From an uncultured Candidatus Binatia bacterium (GTDB lineage Bacteria; Desulfobacterota; Binatia; UBA9968; JAJDTQ01), in the NCBI GenBank assembly GCA_965213675.1, contig OZ243916.1, positions 2,784,001-2,848,000 on the forward strand: a stretch of 64,000 nt of DNA, in the 5' to 3' direction. A program made the position numbers and the translations under genes. The notes beneath the pieces were generated by a model that was not told the origin of the DNA, did not search any database, and saw only the letters and a list, made by a program, of their open reading frames with translations. The stretch's first letter is position 1, and each line of letters opens with the position of its first letter. Shown here piece by piece: positions 1 through 10,599 of this stretch.

Positions 1-1447
1 ACTGGAAATCGCGGCGCGCCAGGACGGCACGCTGTTGGCCATCCGGGCGCAGATCTATGGCGACATGGGCGCGTACGTGCGCACCCACGGCGGGCTGGTG
101 CCCTGCTCCACGGGCGCGCTCCTGACCGGCCCCTACCGCATCCCCAATTACGCAGCGAAAATCCACTGCGTCATGACCAACAAGACCGGCCTGGGCACGC
201 TGCGCGCCCCCGGGCGCGTGGAGTCGTGTTTCTACCGCGAGCGCATGCTCGACATGATGGCGCGGGACCTGGACCTCGACCCGGTGGAGCTGCGGCGCAA
301 GAACCTGGTCACCCCCGAGGAGATTCCCTACGAAATCGGCTTTACCCGGCCCAGCGCCCACCCCACCATCCTCGACAGCGGCGACTACCCCAGCGCGTTG
401 CGGCAAGCCCTGGAACGGTTCGGATACGACGATATGAAGGGCATCCAGGGTCTGCAGGACGACGGCCGCTACCACGGCGTGGGCCTGTCCTACTTTGTCA
501 AGAACACCGGCGGGCTGGAGCCCTACGAAGGCGCGCGCATGGTGGTGGGCGAGGGCGGCGGGGTGAGCGTGTTCCTGAGCATCGCCCAGCTCGGCCAAGG
601 GCACGAAACCGCCATGGCGCAGATCTGCGCCGACGCCCTGGGCGTTCCCATGGACGCCATCTCCGTGTTCCACGGCAACACCGACCTCTCGCCCTTCGGC
701 TGGGGCACCTTCGCCAGCCGCGGCACGGTCATGGCCGGCAACGCCGTGCATCTCACCGCGCTGCAACTGAAGGACAAGATCCTGGCGGCCGCCGCCCGTC
801 ACCTGGACGCCGACGCCGCCAGCCTGAACCTGGAGGACGGCCACATCGTCCAGCCGGGCACCGAGGCACCGGCGCTGCCCCTGGGCGACCTCGTGGCGCA
901 CATGCGCGAGTCCATCACCCCCGAGCAGGGCGTCCCCGAACTGGAAACCACCGCCTACTACAACTCCAACAACATCACCCACACCTACGGCGTGCACCTG
1001 GCCCACGTGGCCGTGGATCCGGAGACCGGCATGCTGGAAGTGCTCAAGTACCTGGTGGTGGAGGACGTCGGCCGGGTGGTCAACCCGCTCATGGTGCGCG
1101 GCCAGACCGTGGGCGCCGCGGTGCAGGGCATCGGCGGCGTGGTGCTGGAAGAACTCGTCTACGGCGAAGGCGGTCAGCTCCTCACCACCACCTTCCTGGA
1201 CTACCTGTTGCCCACCAGCACCGACGTACCCCCCATCGACGACCTCGTGCTGGAAGAAGCCCCCTCGCCCTACAATCCCCTGGGCGTCAAGGGCGCCGGC
1301 GAGGGCGGCATCGTCGGCACCGCCGGCGCCTTGGGCAACGCCGTCAGCAACGCCTTGGGCCTCGAAGTCAAAGACCTGCCCCTGAGCCCCGACCGCATCC
1401 GCTCCTGGCTCCGGGCGCGCGCGGACGCCCAGGACCCCGCACCGTAG
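1..1447 (+). CDS. Xanthine dehydrogenase family molybdopterin-binding large subunit (CoxL/CutL-like), 5'-truncated by window edge
   Basis: Motifs GPYRIP, GQGHET, GTFASRG, GQTVGAAVQGIG, NPLGVKGAGEGG. The active-site loop LRAPGR is not the form I CODH AYRCSFR. Confidence 0.9.
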   Translation, partial: LEIAARQDGTLLAIRAQIYGDMGAYVRTHGGLVPCSTGALLTGPYRIPNYAAKIHCVMTNKTGLGTLRAPGRVESCFYRERMLDMMARDLDLDPVELRRKNLVTPEEIPYEIGFTRPSAHPTILDSGDYPSALRQALERFGYDDMKGIQGLQDDGRYHGVGLSYFVKNTGGLEPYEGARMVVGEGGGVSVFLSIAQLGQGHETAMAQICADALGVPMDAISVFHGNTDLSPFGWGTFASRGTVMAGNAVHLTALQLKDKILAAAARHLDADAASLNLEDGHIVQPGTEAPALPLGDLVAHMRESITPEQGVPELETTAYYNSNNITHTYGVHLAHVAVDPETGMLEVLKYLVVEDVGRVVNPLMVRGQTVGAAVQGIGGVVLEELVYGEGGQLLTTTFLDYLLPTSTDVPPIDDLVLEEAPSPYNPLGVKGAGEGGIVGTAGALGNAVSNALGLEVKDLPLSPDRIRSWLRARADAQDPAP

Positions 1448-1503
1448 AACCCTGTCGGATTCACCGAATCGCAGCGAGAGGCAGGGAGAATTCGTCTGTC
1501 CAA
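1445..1503. mobile_element. Decayed partial copy of MITE family B, starting at the TAG stop of the upstream gene
   Basis: tagaaccctgtcggattcaccgaatcgcagcgagaggcagggagaat resembles the reverse complement of the right end of 58162-58328 (taggagcctgtcgggtttatcgaatcgtagcgagaggcagagaaat). Confidence 0.6.
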
Positions 1504-3759
1504 TCAACCATCCGGAACAAACGCGCCAGATTCGACCCTCGCCTCGCCTGTACGAGAACCGTTCAGCGCCCGCCACACCCGCTCCGGCGTGAGCGGCAGG
1601 TCACGAATGCGCACGCCGGTGGCCCGGGCCAGTGCGCTGGCCACGGACGGGGCCACGGAAAAGATGCCGCCTTCGCCCATGCCGCGGCTGCCGTAGGGGC
1701 CGATACCGTCGCGGTTCTCCACCAGGAGGGTGTGGAACTCCGCGGGCAGGTCCTGGAACTTCGGAACGCGGTAATCGACGAGGTTGGGGTTCAGCAACTG
1801 GTGGTCGTCGTGGACCATCTGCTCCATGAAGGTGTGACCGATGCCCATCATGGCGGCCCCTTCCTCCTGGGCAACGCAGTGTTGCGGATGGATCGCCTTA
1901 CCGACGTCGGCCACAGAAACGTAGCTCGCCAGTTGCAGCGCGCCGGTGTCGCGGTCGATGTCCAGTTCGGCCACGCCCATGCCCACTTCCCAGAGCACTG
2001 GCGTCTGCCACCGCACCATGTTGGGGTCCATGGTGCCGCGTCCGATGAACTCGCCGGCGACAGCGCCGAAGCGACGCGCCAGGGCGTCGCGGAAGGACAT
2101 CGAACGCTCGCCCGCCACAAGCCTTCCGTCCGACACGCTCACCTTGCCGGCGGTGACGCCGAACGCCTTGGCGGCGATGGCGCGCAACTGCCGCTTGAGG
2201 TCCCGGGCCGCGGCCTGCACCGCGCGGCCCATGACCGTGGTGGAGCGGCTGGCGCCGGTGGAGTGGTCGTAGGGGGTGACCGTCGTGTCCACGGAGACCG
2301 CCTGCACCCGGTGAAGCGGCAGCGCCAGTTCCTCGGCCACGATCTGGGTGAACGTCGTCCGCACGCCCTGGCCCATTTCGGTGCTGCCCGCCAGGATCGA
2401 TACGTGCCCGTCGGCGCCCAGACGCACCAGCGCCACGGACACGGGCAACTGGCCGCCGGCGTTGGTGGAGCCGCAGGCCATGCCCAGAGGCGCTCCGGCC
2501 GCGCGGGTGCGCCGGCGCCAGCGAGCGCCCGAAACCAGCCGCCGCAGACTCGAACGGAGGTTCACGTCCACCGGCCGGAGCCTGGGCTGGAGGATTTCCC
2601 CACGCTTGAGCAGGTTCCGCTCGCGTAGCGCCACCGGGTCCATGCCCAGCGCGGCGGCGATCTCGTCCATCTGCGACTCGCACGCGAACAGGGTCTGGGG
2701 GGCGCCCACGGAACGGAACGAGCCGGCGGAGCCGGCGTTGGTGTGCACCGAATAGACATCGCTGCGGAGGTGCGGGATGCGGTAGGGACCCAGCACACGG
2801 GTGGCGGCAAGCTGCGCCACCATGCGCGTGTTTTCGGTGAACGCGCCGGTGTCGAGACGAATCTCGGCCTGTCGCGCCACCAGCGTGCCGTCGCTCTTCA
2901 CCCCCGTTTTGAGCCTCACGACGGCGCCGTGACGGCGCACCGTGACCATGGCTTCGGGCACCGACAGGCATACCCGCACCGGCCGGCCCGCCTTGCGTGA
3001 GAGCAACACCACCAGCGGCTCGAACTTGCTGTACGACTTGCCGCCGAAGCCGCCCCCCAGATACGGCGCCCGCAAGCGCACCTGGGAGCGGGTCCTGCCG
3101 AAGATGCGCGCGATGTCCGCCTGCACGAGAAACGGATGCTGCGCCGAGGACCACAGGTCGATGCCGTCCGCCGCCCAACGGGCCACCGCGGCGTGGGGCT
3201 CCATGCTGTAGTGGTACACGGAAGGGAACGTGTAGCGCTCCTCGAAGATGCGCTCCGAGGCCGCGAAACCCGCGTCCACGTCGCCCTGTTCCACCCGTTC
3301 ATGGGCGCACACGTTGCCGGGTGCGTCATCGTGGATCAGCGGAGCGCCCGGCGCCAGCGCCGCGTCCGTGCCCAGCGCCGACGGCAACTCCTCGTAGTCC
3401 ACCTCGATGAGCGGCAGCGCCGCCTCCGCGGTGTGCTCGTCTTCGGCCGCCACCGCGGCCACGGGCTCGCCCACGTAGCGCACCTTCTCCATGGCCACCA
3501 CCGGGCGGCCGTTGTAGAACGGGTCGAGGCCGGCGAGGTCTGTGGCGGTCACCACCGCGAGCACGCCGTCCAGAGCCTCCGCCCTCGACGTGTCGATGGC
3601 GCGGATGCGCGCATGGGGCAACGGGCTGCGCAGGATCCGGCCTTCGAGCATCCCCGGGAGCACGATGTCGCCCGTGTATCGGGCGCGCCCCGTCACCTTG
3701 TCGAAGCCGTCTACCCGTGGAACGGCGCGGCCCACGTGCTGGAAACTGGATCGCGGCAT
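1504..3759 (-). CDS. Xanthine dehydrogenase family molybdopterin-binding large subunit
   Basis: KVTGRARY, RSPLPHARI, LGGGFGGK, EMGQG, GASRST, RGMGEGG; RBS aaggagg upstream of the start. Confidence 0.92.
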   Translation of the reverse strand: MPRSSFQHVGRAVPRVDGFDKVTGRARYTGDIVLPGMLEGRILRSPLPHARIRAIDTSRAEALDGVLAVVTATDLAGLDPFYNGRPVVAMEKVRYVGEPVAAVAAEDEHTAEAALPLIEVDYEELPSALGTDAALAPGAPLIHDDAPGNVCAHERVEQGDVDAGFAASERIFEERYTFPSVYHYSMEPHAAVARWAADGIDLWSSAQHPFLVQADIARIFGRTRSQVRLRAPYLGGGFGGKSYSKFEPLVVLLSRKAGRPVRVCLSVPEAMVTVRRHGAVVRLKTGVKSDGTLVARQAEIRLDTGAFTENTRMVAQLAATRVLGPYRIPHLRSDVYSVHTNAGSAGSFRSVGAPQTLFACESQMDEIAAALGMDPVALRERNLLKRGEILQPRLRPVDVNLRSSLRRLVSGARWRRRTRAAGAPLGMACGSTNAGGQLPVSVALVRLGADGHVSILAGSTEMGQGVRTTFTQIVAEELALPLHRVQAVSVDTTVTPYDHSTGASRSTTVMGRAVQAAARDLKRQLRAIAAKAFGVTAGKVSVSDGRLVAGERSMSFRDALARRFGAVAGEFIGRGTMDPNMVRWQTPVLWEVGMGVAELDIDRDTGALQLASYVSVADVGKAIHPQHCVAQEEGAAMMGIGHTFMEQMVHDDHQLLNPNLVDYRVPKFQDLPAEFHTLLVENRDGIGPYGSRGMGEGGIFSVAPSVASALARATGVRIRDLPLTPERVWRALNGSRTGEARVESGAFVPDG

Positions 3760-3826
3760 ATCCTCCTTGCCCTCCGGGTTCTCAACCGGCGCGGGAAACG
3801 ATGCCGGGGCCGTGTCCCTTGAGTCA

Positions 3827-3852
3827 CAGGGGCGACCGCTGGTCGTCCCTAC
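3827..3852. repeat. GGGCGACC...GGTCGCCC REP-like hairpin (GTAG-type on the minus strand)
   Basis: caggggcgaccgctggtcgtccctac; related copies at 10600, 29021 and 54423. Confidence 0.55.
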
Positions 3853-3931
3853 CCGTCTTCGCGCCTGGCCGGCAACAGAGATTTCTACATATTTCTATAT
3901 ATCCTGTCGCAGGAACTGGCTGGACACGAGA

Positions 3932-4096
3932 CTAGTGTGGTGTCTGGTTAATTCGCGTCATAATGTGCGGAGGATTTTTTGTTGTCGGCAAGGCGCGATG
4001 ACGAGCAGTGGCGGGTACCACGCGAGGAAGAGCAACGCAGCCGACGGCGAATAAGACCCGCAGATTATGACGCGTATTAACCAGACACCACACTAG
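3932..4096. mobile_element. MITE family A, copy 1 (165 bp including both CTAGs, ~39-bp inverted ends)
   Basis: ctagtgtggtgtctggttaattcgcgtcataat ... attatgacgcgtattaaccagacaccacactag; differs from 28239-28403 at 3 positions. Confidence 0.9.
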
Positions 4097-4409
4097 CACC
4101 GCCGGCCTTGCCCGTGCCACCTGCCGCACAGCGCCGGAACCGTTTGTGGAGGAGCGGGCGCTTTGCTCGAACAGGGGCAGCGGCAGCCCGGTTTGGAGAT
4201 GGCAGGCCTGACAGACACTTATTTCGCATCGAGTTTCAGATTATGATAATTCACATGACGCGAATGGATCTATTGGCCTGAGGGACCGAGCGGGACAGCG
4301 TGGGCTCATGACGACTCCGTTACCGGGCCGCGGCTTGCCGCCGGCGGAGACTCCTGGAACGAACCACGAACGCGCCTGTGGCGTTCACTTTAACGGGTAA
4401 GGATCAGAG

Positions 4410-5582
4410 ATGGCACAAGGGAATGCGTCTGATCGGCCTCGATGGCTCGGTATCGTTCAACTGGCGGCGATACTGCTGTTGATCGTCATCGCTCTGTACT
4501 TCGCCCGCGCGCCCAGCCGGGTGGCTCACGACGTCGCCACGGAACTGACGGCGGCCAAGAGCAGGCCCACCGTCAGCGTGATCCAGCCCAAGCCCACCCG
4601 GCAGGCGCTCACCGTCGAGTTGACCGGCAACGTCCGGGTGGAAGAGCAAGCGCGTATCATGTCGGAGGTCGCCGGCCGTGTAGTGTGGGTGTCGCCCAGG
4701 TTCAACAACGGCGGGGCCATTCCAGCCAACGAAACGTTCATCCGGGTCGATCCCACCGAGTACGTCCTGCGGGTGGAAGAGGCGGAAGCGGCGGTGAGCG
4801 CGGCGGAAGCCCGGCTATGGACCGAGCAGGCCCGGGGTGAGGAGGACACCCGGTCGTTCGCGCGCGCCAACCCTGGCGTCCCGGTTTCGGACCATGTCCG
4901 GCGCCTGCCGTCCATCGCGCTGGCGGAAGCCGAGCTTGCGCGGGCCAAGACGGAACTGAAGCTCGCGAAGCTGCAACTCCGGCGGACGAGCATCTCGCTC
5001 CCCTACGACAGCCGGGTGCTGACCACCGAGCTCGAGGTGGGCGAGCTTGTGGGTCCCGCCGCAACGGTGGAGGGCCGCGCCGCCACCCTCGGCGCCGTGT
5101 ACCGCACCGGCGCGGTGCGCGTGCGGGCGCCGGTGGACCCGAGGGATCTGGCCTACCTCGTCCCGGTGATCGGGCGTTCCGCCAAGGTACGAACCCAGTC
5201 GGGCACGTACGCGGCCAGGGTGGAGCGCGTCTCGTCGGTGGTGGCCCCGAGCACGCGCCTCGCCCGGTTGTTCCTCAAGTTGTCCGAAGACACGCCCCCG
5301 GAACAGTTGCCGTTGCCGGGCATGTTCGCGGAAGTATCCATTGACGGACCCGCATACGAAAACGTGTACGTGCTGCAGGAAGCCGTACTCCAGGAGGGCA
5401 ACAGCGTCTGGATAGTCGAAAAGGGCGCGTTGAAGCGGGTCGCGGTCAAGAATCTCGGACGCGCGGAGGCGGGCTGGATCGTCGAAGCCTTCGACGCCGG
5501 GGATGGCGTGGTCGTCGGTGCGCCGCCGAGAGCCAGGGAGGGCCTGGAAGTGGCGGTAACCGGCACGGCGGCGGCCAGGTAA
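4410..5582 (+). CDS. RND efflux periplasmic adaptor (membrane fusion protein)
   Basis: N-terminal membrane anchor, EVAGRVVWV lipoyl-like half motif, coiled coil, RTSISLPYD; directly upstream of an RND permease. Confidence 0.9.
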   Translation: MAQGNASDRPRWLGIVQLAAILLLIVIALYFARAPSRVAHDVATELTAAKSRPTVSVIQPKPTRQALTVELTGNVRVEEQARIMSEVAGRVVWVSPRFNNGGAIPANETFIRVDPTEYVLRVEEAEAAVSAAEARLWTEQARGEEDTRSFARANPGVPVSDHVRRLPSIALAEAELARAKTELKLAKLQLRRTSISLPYDSRVLTTELEVGELVGPAATVEGRAATLGAVYRTGAVRVRAPVDPRDLAYLVPVIGRSAKVRTQSGTYAARVERVSSVVAPSTRLARLFLKLSEDTPPEQLPLPGMFAEVSIDGPAYENVYVLQEAVLQEGNSVWIVEKGALKRVAVKNLGRAEAGWIVEAFDAGDGVVVGAPPRAREGLEVAVTGTAAAR

Positions 5583-5594
5583 CGGAGCCGGGCA

Positions 5595-8500
5595 ATGAGC
5601 ACCCATGACGCCGGATCCGGCGGTGGCGCGACAACCGGACTGATCGCATGGTTCGCCCGCAATCCCGTGGCCGCCAACCTGGTGATGCTGTTCCTCATCA
5701 TCGGCGGCTTGATCGCGGGTCGCAGTCTCGCCGTGCAACTCTATCCCTACTTCGATCTCCGAACGATCACCGTCACGGTGCCCGCGCCCGGATCGTCGCC
5801 GAAGGAAGTGGAGGAGGACATCAATCGCCGCATCGAAGAGGCCCTCGTCGGGCTCCAGGGCGTGAAGCGGGTCGTGGGAACCGCCACGGAGGGTCTGGGC
5901 CTCCTCCGTGTTGAACTGGGCGCCTTCTCCGATGCCGATGCCATCCTCGACGATGTGCAGAACGCGGTGGACAGCATCGAGAACTTCCCGCCGCCGAATG
6001 CGGAAAATCCGGAGATCGAGATCAGGCGAATCGTTCTCGAAGTGTTGACCCTCGCGGTGTCCTCGTCCAACGCCACCGAGGATCATCTGCGGCGCGCCGC
6101 CGAGAACGTGCGCGACGAGTTGTTGGCCCTGCCGTCGGTTTCCCAGGTCACCCTGTTGGGCACCCGCGACAGGGAGATCACCATCGAACTGAGCGAGGAA
6201 GAGCTGCGCCGGCACAACCTCTCCATGGCCCAGGTCACCCGGCTGGTGCGGCGGGCTTCGATCAATCTCACTTTCGGCGAGTTGCGTACCGAGTCGGGCG
6301 GCGTGGTCCTCCATACCGTCGCCAAACGACGCACTGGCGCCGCATTCGCGGACATTCCGCTGATTACGCGCCTGAGCGGCGCCGTCGTGAGCTTGGGCGA
6401 TGTCGCGACCATTCGTGACGGGTTCGTCGACGAGGACGTGGTCTCCCGGGTCAACGGCACACCCACGGTGTTCGTTCGGGTCGACGCCCCCAGGCAGGCG
6501 TCGGTGGTGGATATCGGCGACGAGATCGCGGCATGGCTTGCGCAGCGGGAGGAGACCGGAAACATCGACGTCGGCATCTGGAACGACAGGGCGGCGCCCG
6601 CGCTGGACAGGCTGTCGGAGATCCTCCGGAACGGAGTGCTTGGCGCCCTGCTGGTTCTCCTCATTCTTGTCCTGGTGTTCGATCTTCGCGTGGCCGTCTG
6701 GGTCGCCGTGGGCATCCCCCTGTCGTTTCTTGGCTCCCTGATCTTCTTCGGCGCCGCGGATCTGACGCTCAACATGGGCACCCTCTTCGCCTTCTTCCTG
6801 TTGATCGGCATCGTGGTGGACGACTCGGTGGTGGTGGGCGAGAGCATCGCGACGGAACGCGCGAGCGGCAAGAACCCGCTGGAGGCGGCCATCTCCGGTG
6901 CGCGGCTCATGGTCGGACCGATCACGGTGGGGGCGGCCACCACGATGCTGGCCTTCGTGCCCTTCCTGTTTGTCACCACGGGCAATTACCAGATCACCAA
7001 CGTCTTTCCCTACGTGGCGTTCCTGGTCCTGGCAATCTCGCTCATCGAATCCTTCTTCGTGCTGCCGGCGCATCTGTCGCACCCCAAGCCGTGGAGCCTT
7101 TCACCGTTGAAGGAGATCCAGGATTGGGCACAGGGCCTCATCGACCGGGCGCGCGAAACCGTCGTGGCGCCGTCGGTGGCATGGGCCGTGGAATACCCGT
7201 GGCGTACCTTGACCGTCGGCGTCATCATCGTGCTCATCGGCGCGATGCTCCTGCGGTCCGACCAGGTCCGGGTCATCATCCTCGACCGGGACACCATCCA
7301 CTCCGACAGCATACAAGCCGATCTGCATCTACCGGCCGGCACGCCTTTCGAGACGACCCTCGCCACCGCAGAGCGTTTCGCGGACGCCGCCCAAGCCGCC
7401 AATGATCATCTCGGCGGAACGTCCGTCAAATCCGTCGCGCTCGTGGCTGGCAATCTCATGCGCATACGGACAGCGGACATCCGTCACAACAACAACCAGA
7501 GTCACATGGCTTCGGTGCGCGTACATCTCCACCCGTACCCGATCCGCGCCATTTCGCCCAGAGACATCGAGCGAGCGTGGCGTGAGAGCGTCGGCGATAC
7601 GACGGCGCTGGAGAAGGTCGAGTTTCGGAGCGCGCGGGTTCAAACGAAGCCAACCGTTTCGTACGCGCTCACACACCCGGACCCCGATGTGCTGAAACAA
7701 GCCGCCGATGAGTTGACGGCCGCCCTCGCCACGATTCCGGGAGTCTTCGGAATTTCGAACACCCTGTCGGACGGAAAGCGGCACTTCGAAATCCAGCTCA
7801 CGCGGGCGGGCAAGGCCGCGGGCCTGACGCCCTTGGGCATTGGCGCCCAGTTGCGCGCCAACTTTCACGGCATGGAGATTCAGCGGATTCAGCGCGGCCG
7901 GGAGGAAATCAAGGTCATGGTCCGCTACCCGGCGGAACGGCGCCGGAGCTTGCGGGAACTCGCCAGGGAGCGCATCCACCGGCCGAGCGATGCGTCCGCC
8001 CGTCGCGGCCGCATCGGTGACGACCGACCCGGCGGCGAAGTCCCCCTGTCCGCGGTGGCCGAGCTTACCGAGAGGCGCGAGTTGACGACGTTGACGCGGA
8101 TCGACGGCAAAAGAGCCGCGTTCGTGGAGGCGCGCACCGACAGCGTGGTGGTCACCCCACGCCAGGCCAGACGAGAAGTCCGGGACAGAATCCTTCCAGG
8201 ACTGCGCACGGACCACCCCGGTCTCAAGATCGAACCCGACGGAGGCGCCCGTGACGAGCAGGAACTGCTGGGGACCATGGGCGTGCTGGTTCCCATTGTG
8301 CTGCTGGCCATGTACGGGCTGATTGCGGCGTTCCTGCGCAGCTACTGGAAACCCCTGGTGGCGGTGGTGGGCATTCCCGTTGCCTTTGCCGGGGCGGTGC
8401 TGTCCCACTGGGTCCTGGGATGGGCTTTCTCCGCCATGTCGCTGTTCGGAATCATCGCGTTGAGCGGCATCCTCGTGAACGACGCGCTGGTGCTGCTGGA

Positions 8501-8768
8501 CCGTTACAACCAACTCCGCCGGGAGAACGACATGGTACCGGCCATTGCCGCGGCCTCCGCGGCAACCCGCCAGCGCTTCCGCGCGGTGCTGCTGACCAGC
8601 CTCACCACAGTGGTGGGTCTTTCCCCCATGCTCTACGAACGCAGCGACGAGTTGATCTCCCTGGTTCCGTTCGTGGTGAGCATGCTCGGGGGGCTGGTCT
8701 TTTCGACGATCTTCATCCTGTTCCTTCTGCCGGCGCTGGTGATGATCGCCGATGGCCGCAACGAATAA
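5595..8768 (+). CDS. RND efflux permease (AcrB/AcrD/AcrF family)
   Basis: 1057 aa; WFARNPVAANL, GIVVDDSVVVGE proton-relay motif, GILVNDALVL, RFRAVLLTSLTT. Confidence 0.93.
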   Translation: MSTHDAGSGGGATTGLIAWFARNPVAANLVMLFLIIGGLIAGRSLAVQLYPYFDLRTITVTVPAPGSSPKEVEEDINRRIEEALVGLQGVKRVVGTATEGLGLLRVELGAFSDADAILDDVQNAVDSIENFPPPNAENPEIEIRRIVLEVLTLAVSSSNATEDHLRRAAENVRDELLALPSVSQVTLLGTRDREITIELSEEELRRHNLSMAQVTRLVRRASINLTFGELRTESGGVVLHTVAKRRTGAAFADIPLITRLSGAVVSLGDVATIRDGFVDEDVVSRVNGTPTVFVRVDAPRQASVVDIGDEIAAWLAQREETGNIDVGIWNDRAAPALDRLSEILRNGVLGALLVLLILVLVFDLRVAVWVAVGIPLSFLGSLIFFGAADLTLNMGTLFAFFLLIGIVVDDSVVVGESIATERASGKNPLEAAISGARLMVGPITVGAATTMLAFVPFLFVTTGNYQITNVFPYVAFLVLAISLIESFFVLPAHLSHPKPWSLSPLKEIQDWAQGLIDRARETVVAPSVAWAVEYPWRTLTVGVIIVLIGAMLLRSDQVRVIILDRDTIHSDSIQADLHLPAGTPFETTLATAERFADAAQAANDHLGGTSVKSVALVAGNLMRIRTADIRHNNNQSHMASVRVHLHPYPIRAISPRDIERAWRESVGDTTALEKVEFRSARVQTKPTVSYALTHPDPDVLKQAADELTAALATIPGVFGISNTLSDGKRHFEIQLTRAGKAAGLTPLGIGAQLRANFHGMEIQRIQRGREEIKVMVRYPAERRRSLRELARERIHRPSDASARRGRIGDDRPGGEVPLSAVAELTERRELTTLTRIDGKRAAFVEARTDSVVVTPRQARREVRDRILPGLRTDHPGLKIEPDGGARDEQELLGTMGVLVPIVLLAMYGLIAAFLRSYWKPLVAVVGIPVAFAGAVLSHWVLGWAFSAMSLFGIIALSGILVNDALVLLDRYNQLRRENDMVPAIAAASAATRQRFRAVLLTSLTTVVGLSPMLYERSDELISLVPFVVSMLGGLVFSTIFILFLLPALVMIADGRNE

Positions 8769-8810
8769 CCCGCCCGCGCCGGGACCGGGGCCGCACCGGT
8801 TCCGGCGCTT

Positions 8811-8891
8811 GGGAGCCGGTGGAGTTCATCGAATCGGAAGTTCATTCCCCCACCTCCCGGTAGATTCCCGACAAGGCCGACGGGCTCCTGG
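8811..8891. mobile_element. Decayed, internally deleted copy of MITE family B
   Basis: Left gggagccggtggagttcatcgaatcg and right ccgacgggctcctgg resemble the two ends of 58162-58328. Confidence 0.45.
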
Positions 8892-8909
8892 CACGACTCG
8901 GTTACGGTC

Positions 8910-9818
8910 ATGAACGCCCTCTTCCCCATACGGCTCACCCAGTTCCGCGCCGCCTACAACCTGCCGGTGCACGCGGCGATGGAGAACGGCGTCTTCGCCG
9001 GCGCCGGGCTCGCCGTGGAGGTCGAGTACACGCCGGGCTCCGCCTATCTCGTGGATGCGGTGCGCACGGGCCGCTCCACCATCGGACACGCCGCCGCGGA
9101 CGACGTGGTGTGTGACGTGGAGAATCAGGACGGCTCCGACGTGTTCGCGTTCATGGGGCTCCACAGCGGCCTGCTGAGCCTCGTGGGCGCGCCCGGCTGT
9201 GCGGACATGGAGTCCCTGCGCGGCAAGCCGCTGGCCGTGGACGCGCGCGACAGCGGTTTCGTCTTCATTCTGGAGAAGGCCCTGCGCGACCACGGCTTCG
9301 GCGCGGACGACTATGAACTCGTGGAAGTGGGCGGCTGGGAGAGCCGCTATCAGACGCTCATCGAGGGCAAGCTCTTCGCCACGCTGCTGACCCCGCCCTT
9401 TGTCGGGGCCGCGCTGGAGCGAGGCTGCCACGTCATCGCCCGCGGCGAGGAAATGGCGCCCGTCTACCAGGCCACGGTGGGGCTCGCCCGGCGCTCCTGG
9501 GCCGAAGCGAACCGGGCGCCTCTGGTGGAGTACATCCGCTGCTACGCAGCCGCCACCCAATGGTGCTTCGCGTCCGCGAACCGGCCCTTCTGCCTCGACA
9601 TCCTGGCCCGGCACAACGGCCTCACCGGCAGTGCCGCCGAAGAGACCCTGGACGCCCTCCTGGACCCCGCCCGCGGCCTCTACCCCGAGGCCGCCCTGAA
9701 CATCCCCGGCATCGCCGCCGCCCTGGACCTCCGCGCCAGCATGGGCTTCATCGCCGCTCCCCCACCCCCGCCGGAGAAATACATCGACGTTTCCTACCAC
9801 GCTGCGGCCGTGCGTTGA
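8910..9818 (+). CDS. NMT1/THI5/TauA-like substrate-binding protein with no evident signal peptide
   Basis: P..AA.ENGVF...GL.VE N-terminus, LRGKPLAVDA, class II periplasmic-binding-protein pattern. Confidence 0.75.
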   Translation: MNALFPIRLTQFRAAYNLPVHAAMENGVFAGAGLAVEVEYTPGSAYLVDAVRTGRSTIGHAAADDVVCDVENQDGSDVFAFMGLHSGLLSLVGAPGCADMESLRGKPLAVDARDSGFVFILEKALRDHGFGADDYELVEVGGWESRYQTLIEGKLFATLLTPPFVGAALERGCHVIARGEEMAPVYQATVGLARRSWAEANRAPLVEYIRCYAAATQWCFASANRPFCLDILARHNGLTGSAAEETLDALLDPARGLYPEAALNIPGIAAALDLRASMGFIAAPPPPPEKYIDVSYHAAAVR

Positions 9819-9841
9819 CGCGCCAACCTTGAGGAAGTGCG

Positions 9842-10447
9842 CTACAGCAACAGGGACAACTGCTCCGGCTCAATCCGCCATGACACCGGCTGTTGTCCCG
9901 GCAGTTCGGCGATCTGCGACTCGAGCCAGCGGATGTAGGTGCGGCGGACGGGCCGCTGGCGAATGGCCTCGACGCACAGGGAGCGCACCCGGCGGGCGTA
10001 ACGCCCCCAGTCCTCGCGCACGGCGCGGGGCATGCGCAGATAGGTGGGGGCGTCGTCGCAGAACAGATCGCTGCGGGCAAGGGTCCAGATATCGCACTGG
10101 GTCTCGCCAATGGGAACCGGCTCCCACGCGGGGGCTCCTTCGGGAGGTGGCAGCTTCGTCAGACCCTGCAACAGGTGAGTCAACTCGTGGCCGATGGTGT
10201 TGTGGGTCAGGCCTCGCACCCGGAGGCGGATGTGCAAGGGCAGCCGGAACTCCCTGGGAATGAACGCGACCCCGAGCTTGGCCTTGGTATGGCCCACGTG
10301 GATCCGCATGTTCTGCAATTCGGGGAAACGGCGCACCGACTCCTCGATCATCCGCACCGCCCGGCGCGTGAGACGCCTTTCCATCTGCGGCGTGAACGAC
10401 ACAGTCACGTCGGTTCCCTGGACCATCGAGATCGCGAGACAAGTCAT
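9842..10447 (-). CDS. Small HExxH zincin-like protein with C-terminal QLSLL motif (start uncertain)
   Basis: [11 protein letters not shown], downstream E..CD, C-terminus EPEQLSLLL. Confidence 0.65.
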   Translation of the reverse strand: MTCLAISMVQGTDVTVSFTPQMERRLTRRAVRMIEESVRRFPELQNMRIHVGHTKAKLGVAFIPREFRLPLHIRLRVRGLTHNTIGHELTHLLQGLTKLPPPEGAPAWEPVPIGETQCDIWTLARSDLFCDDAPTYLRMPRAVREDWGRYARRVRSLCVEAIRQRPVRRTYIRWLESQIAELPGQQPVSWRIEPEQLSLLL

Positions 10448-10599
10448 GAGCGCTGTTCCCCGGGTTTGACAAACCTGTTGCGAGCGTTCATGGAATCCGC
10501 TGGCTTGTCAGGACTATCCCACGCTGCCGATTGGCACGAAAACCGGAGATTCGGACAGCGCCCTTTCCACGAAACGAGGCTGCGACCGGACGATTTCCC

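Noticed and set aside
1-1447. True aerobic CO dehydrogenase CoxL
   Set aside because: It lacks the form I AYRCSFR motif with the Cu-binding Cys.
226-2628. Long alternative-frame and antisense ORFs (for example 226-2628, 4815-7082, 46667-49360, 52451-55477)
   Set aside because: They are shadow ORFs of real genes in high-GC DNA, with Arg/Gly/Pro-rich or antisense-type composition and no family motifs.
3932-4129. 65-aa ORF and similar ORFs reading LVWCLVNSRHN
   Set aside because: These are translations of the MITE A inverted repeat, not genes.
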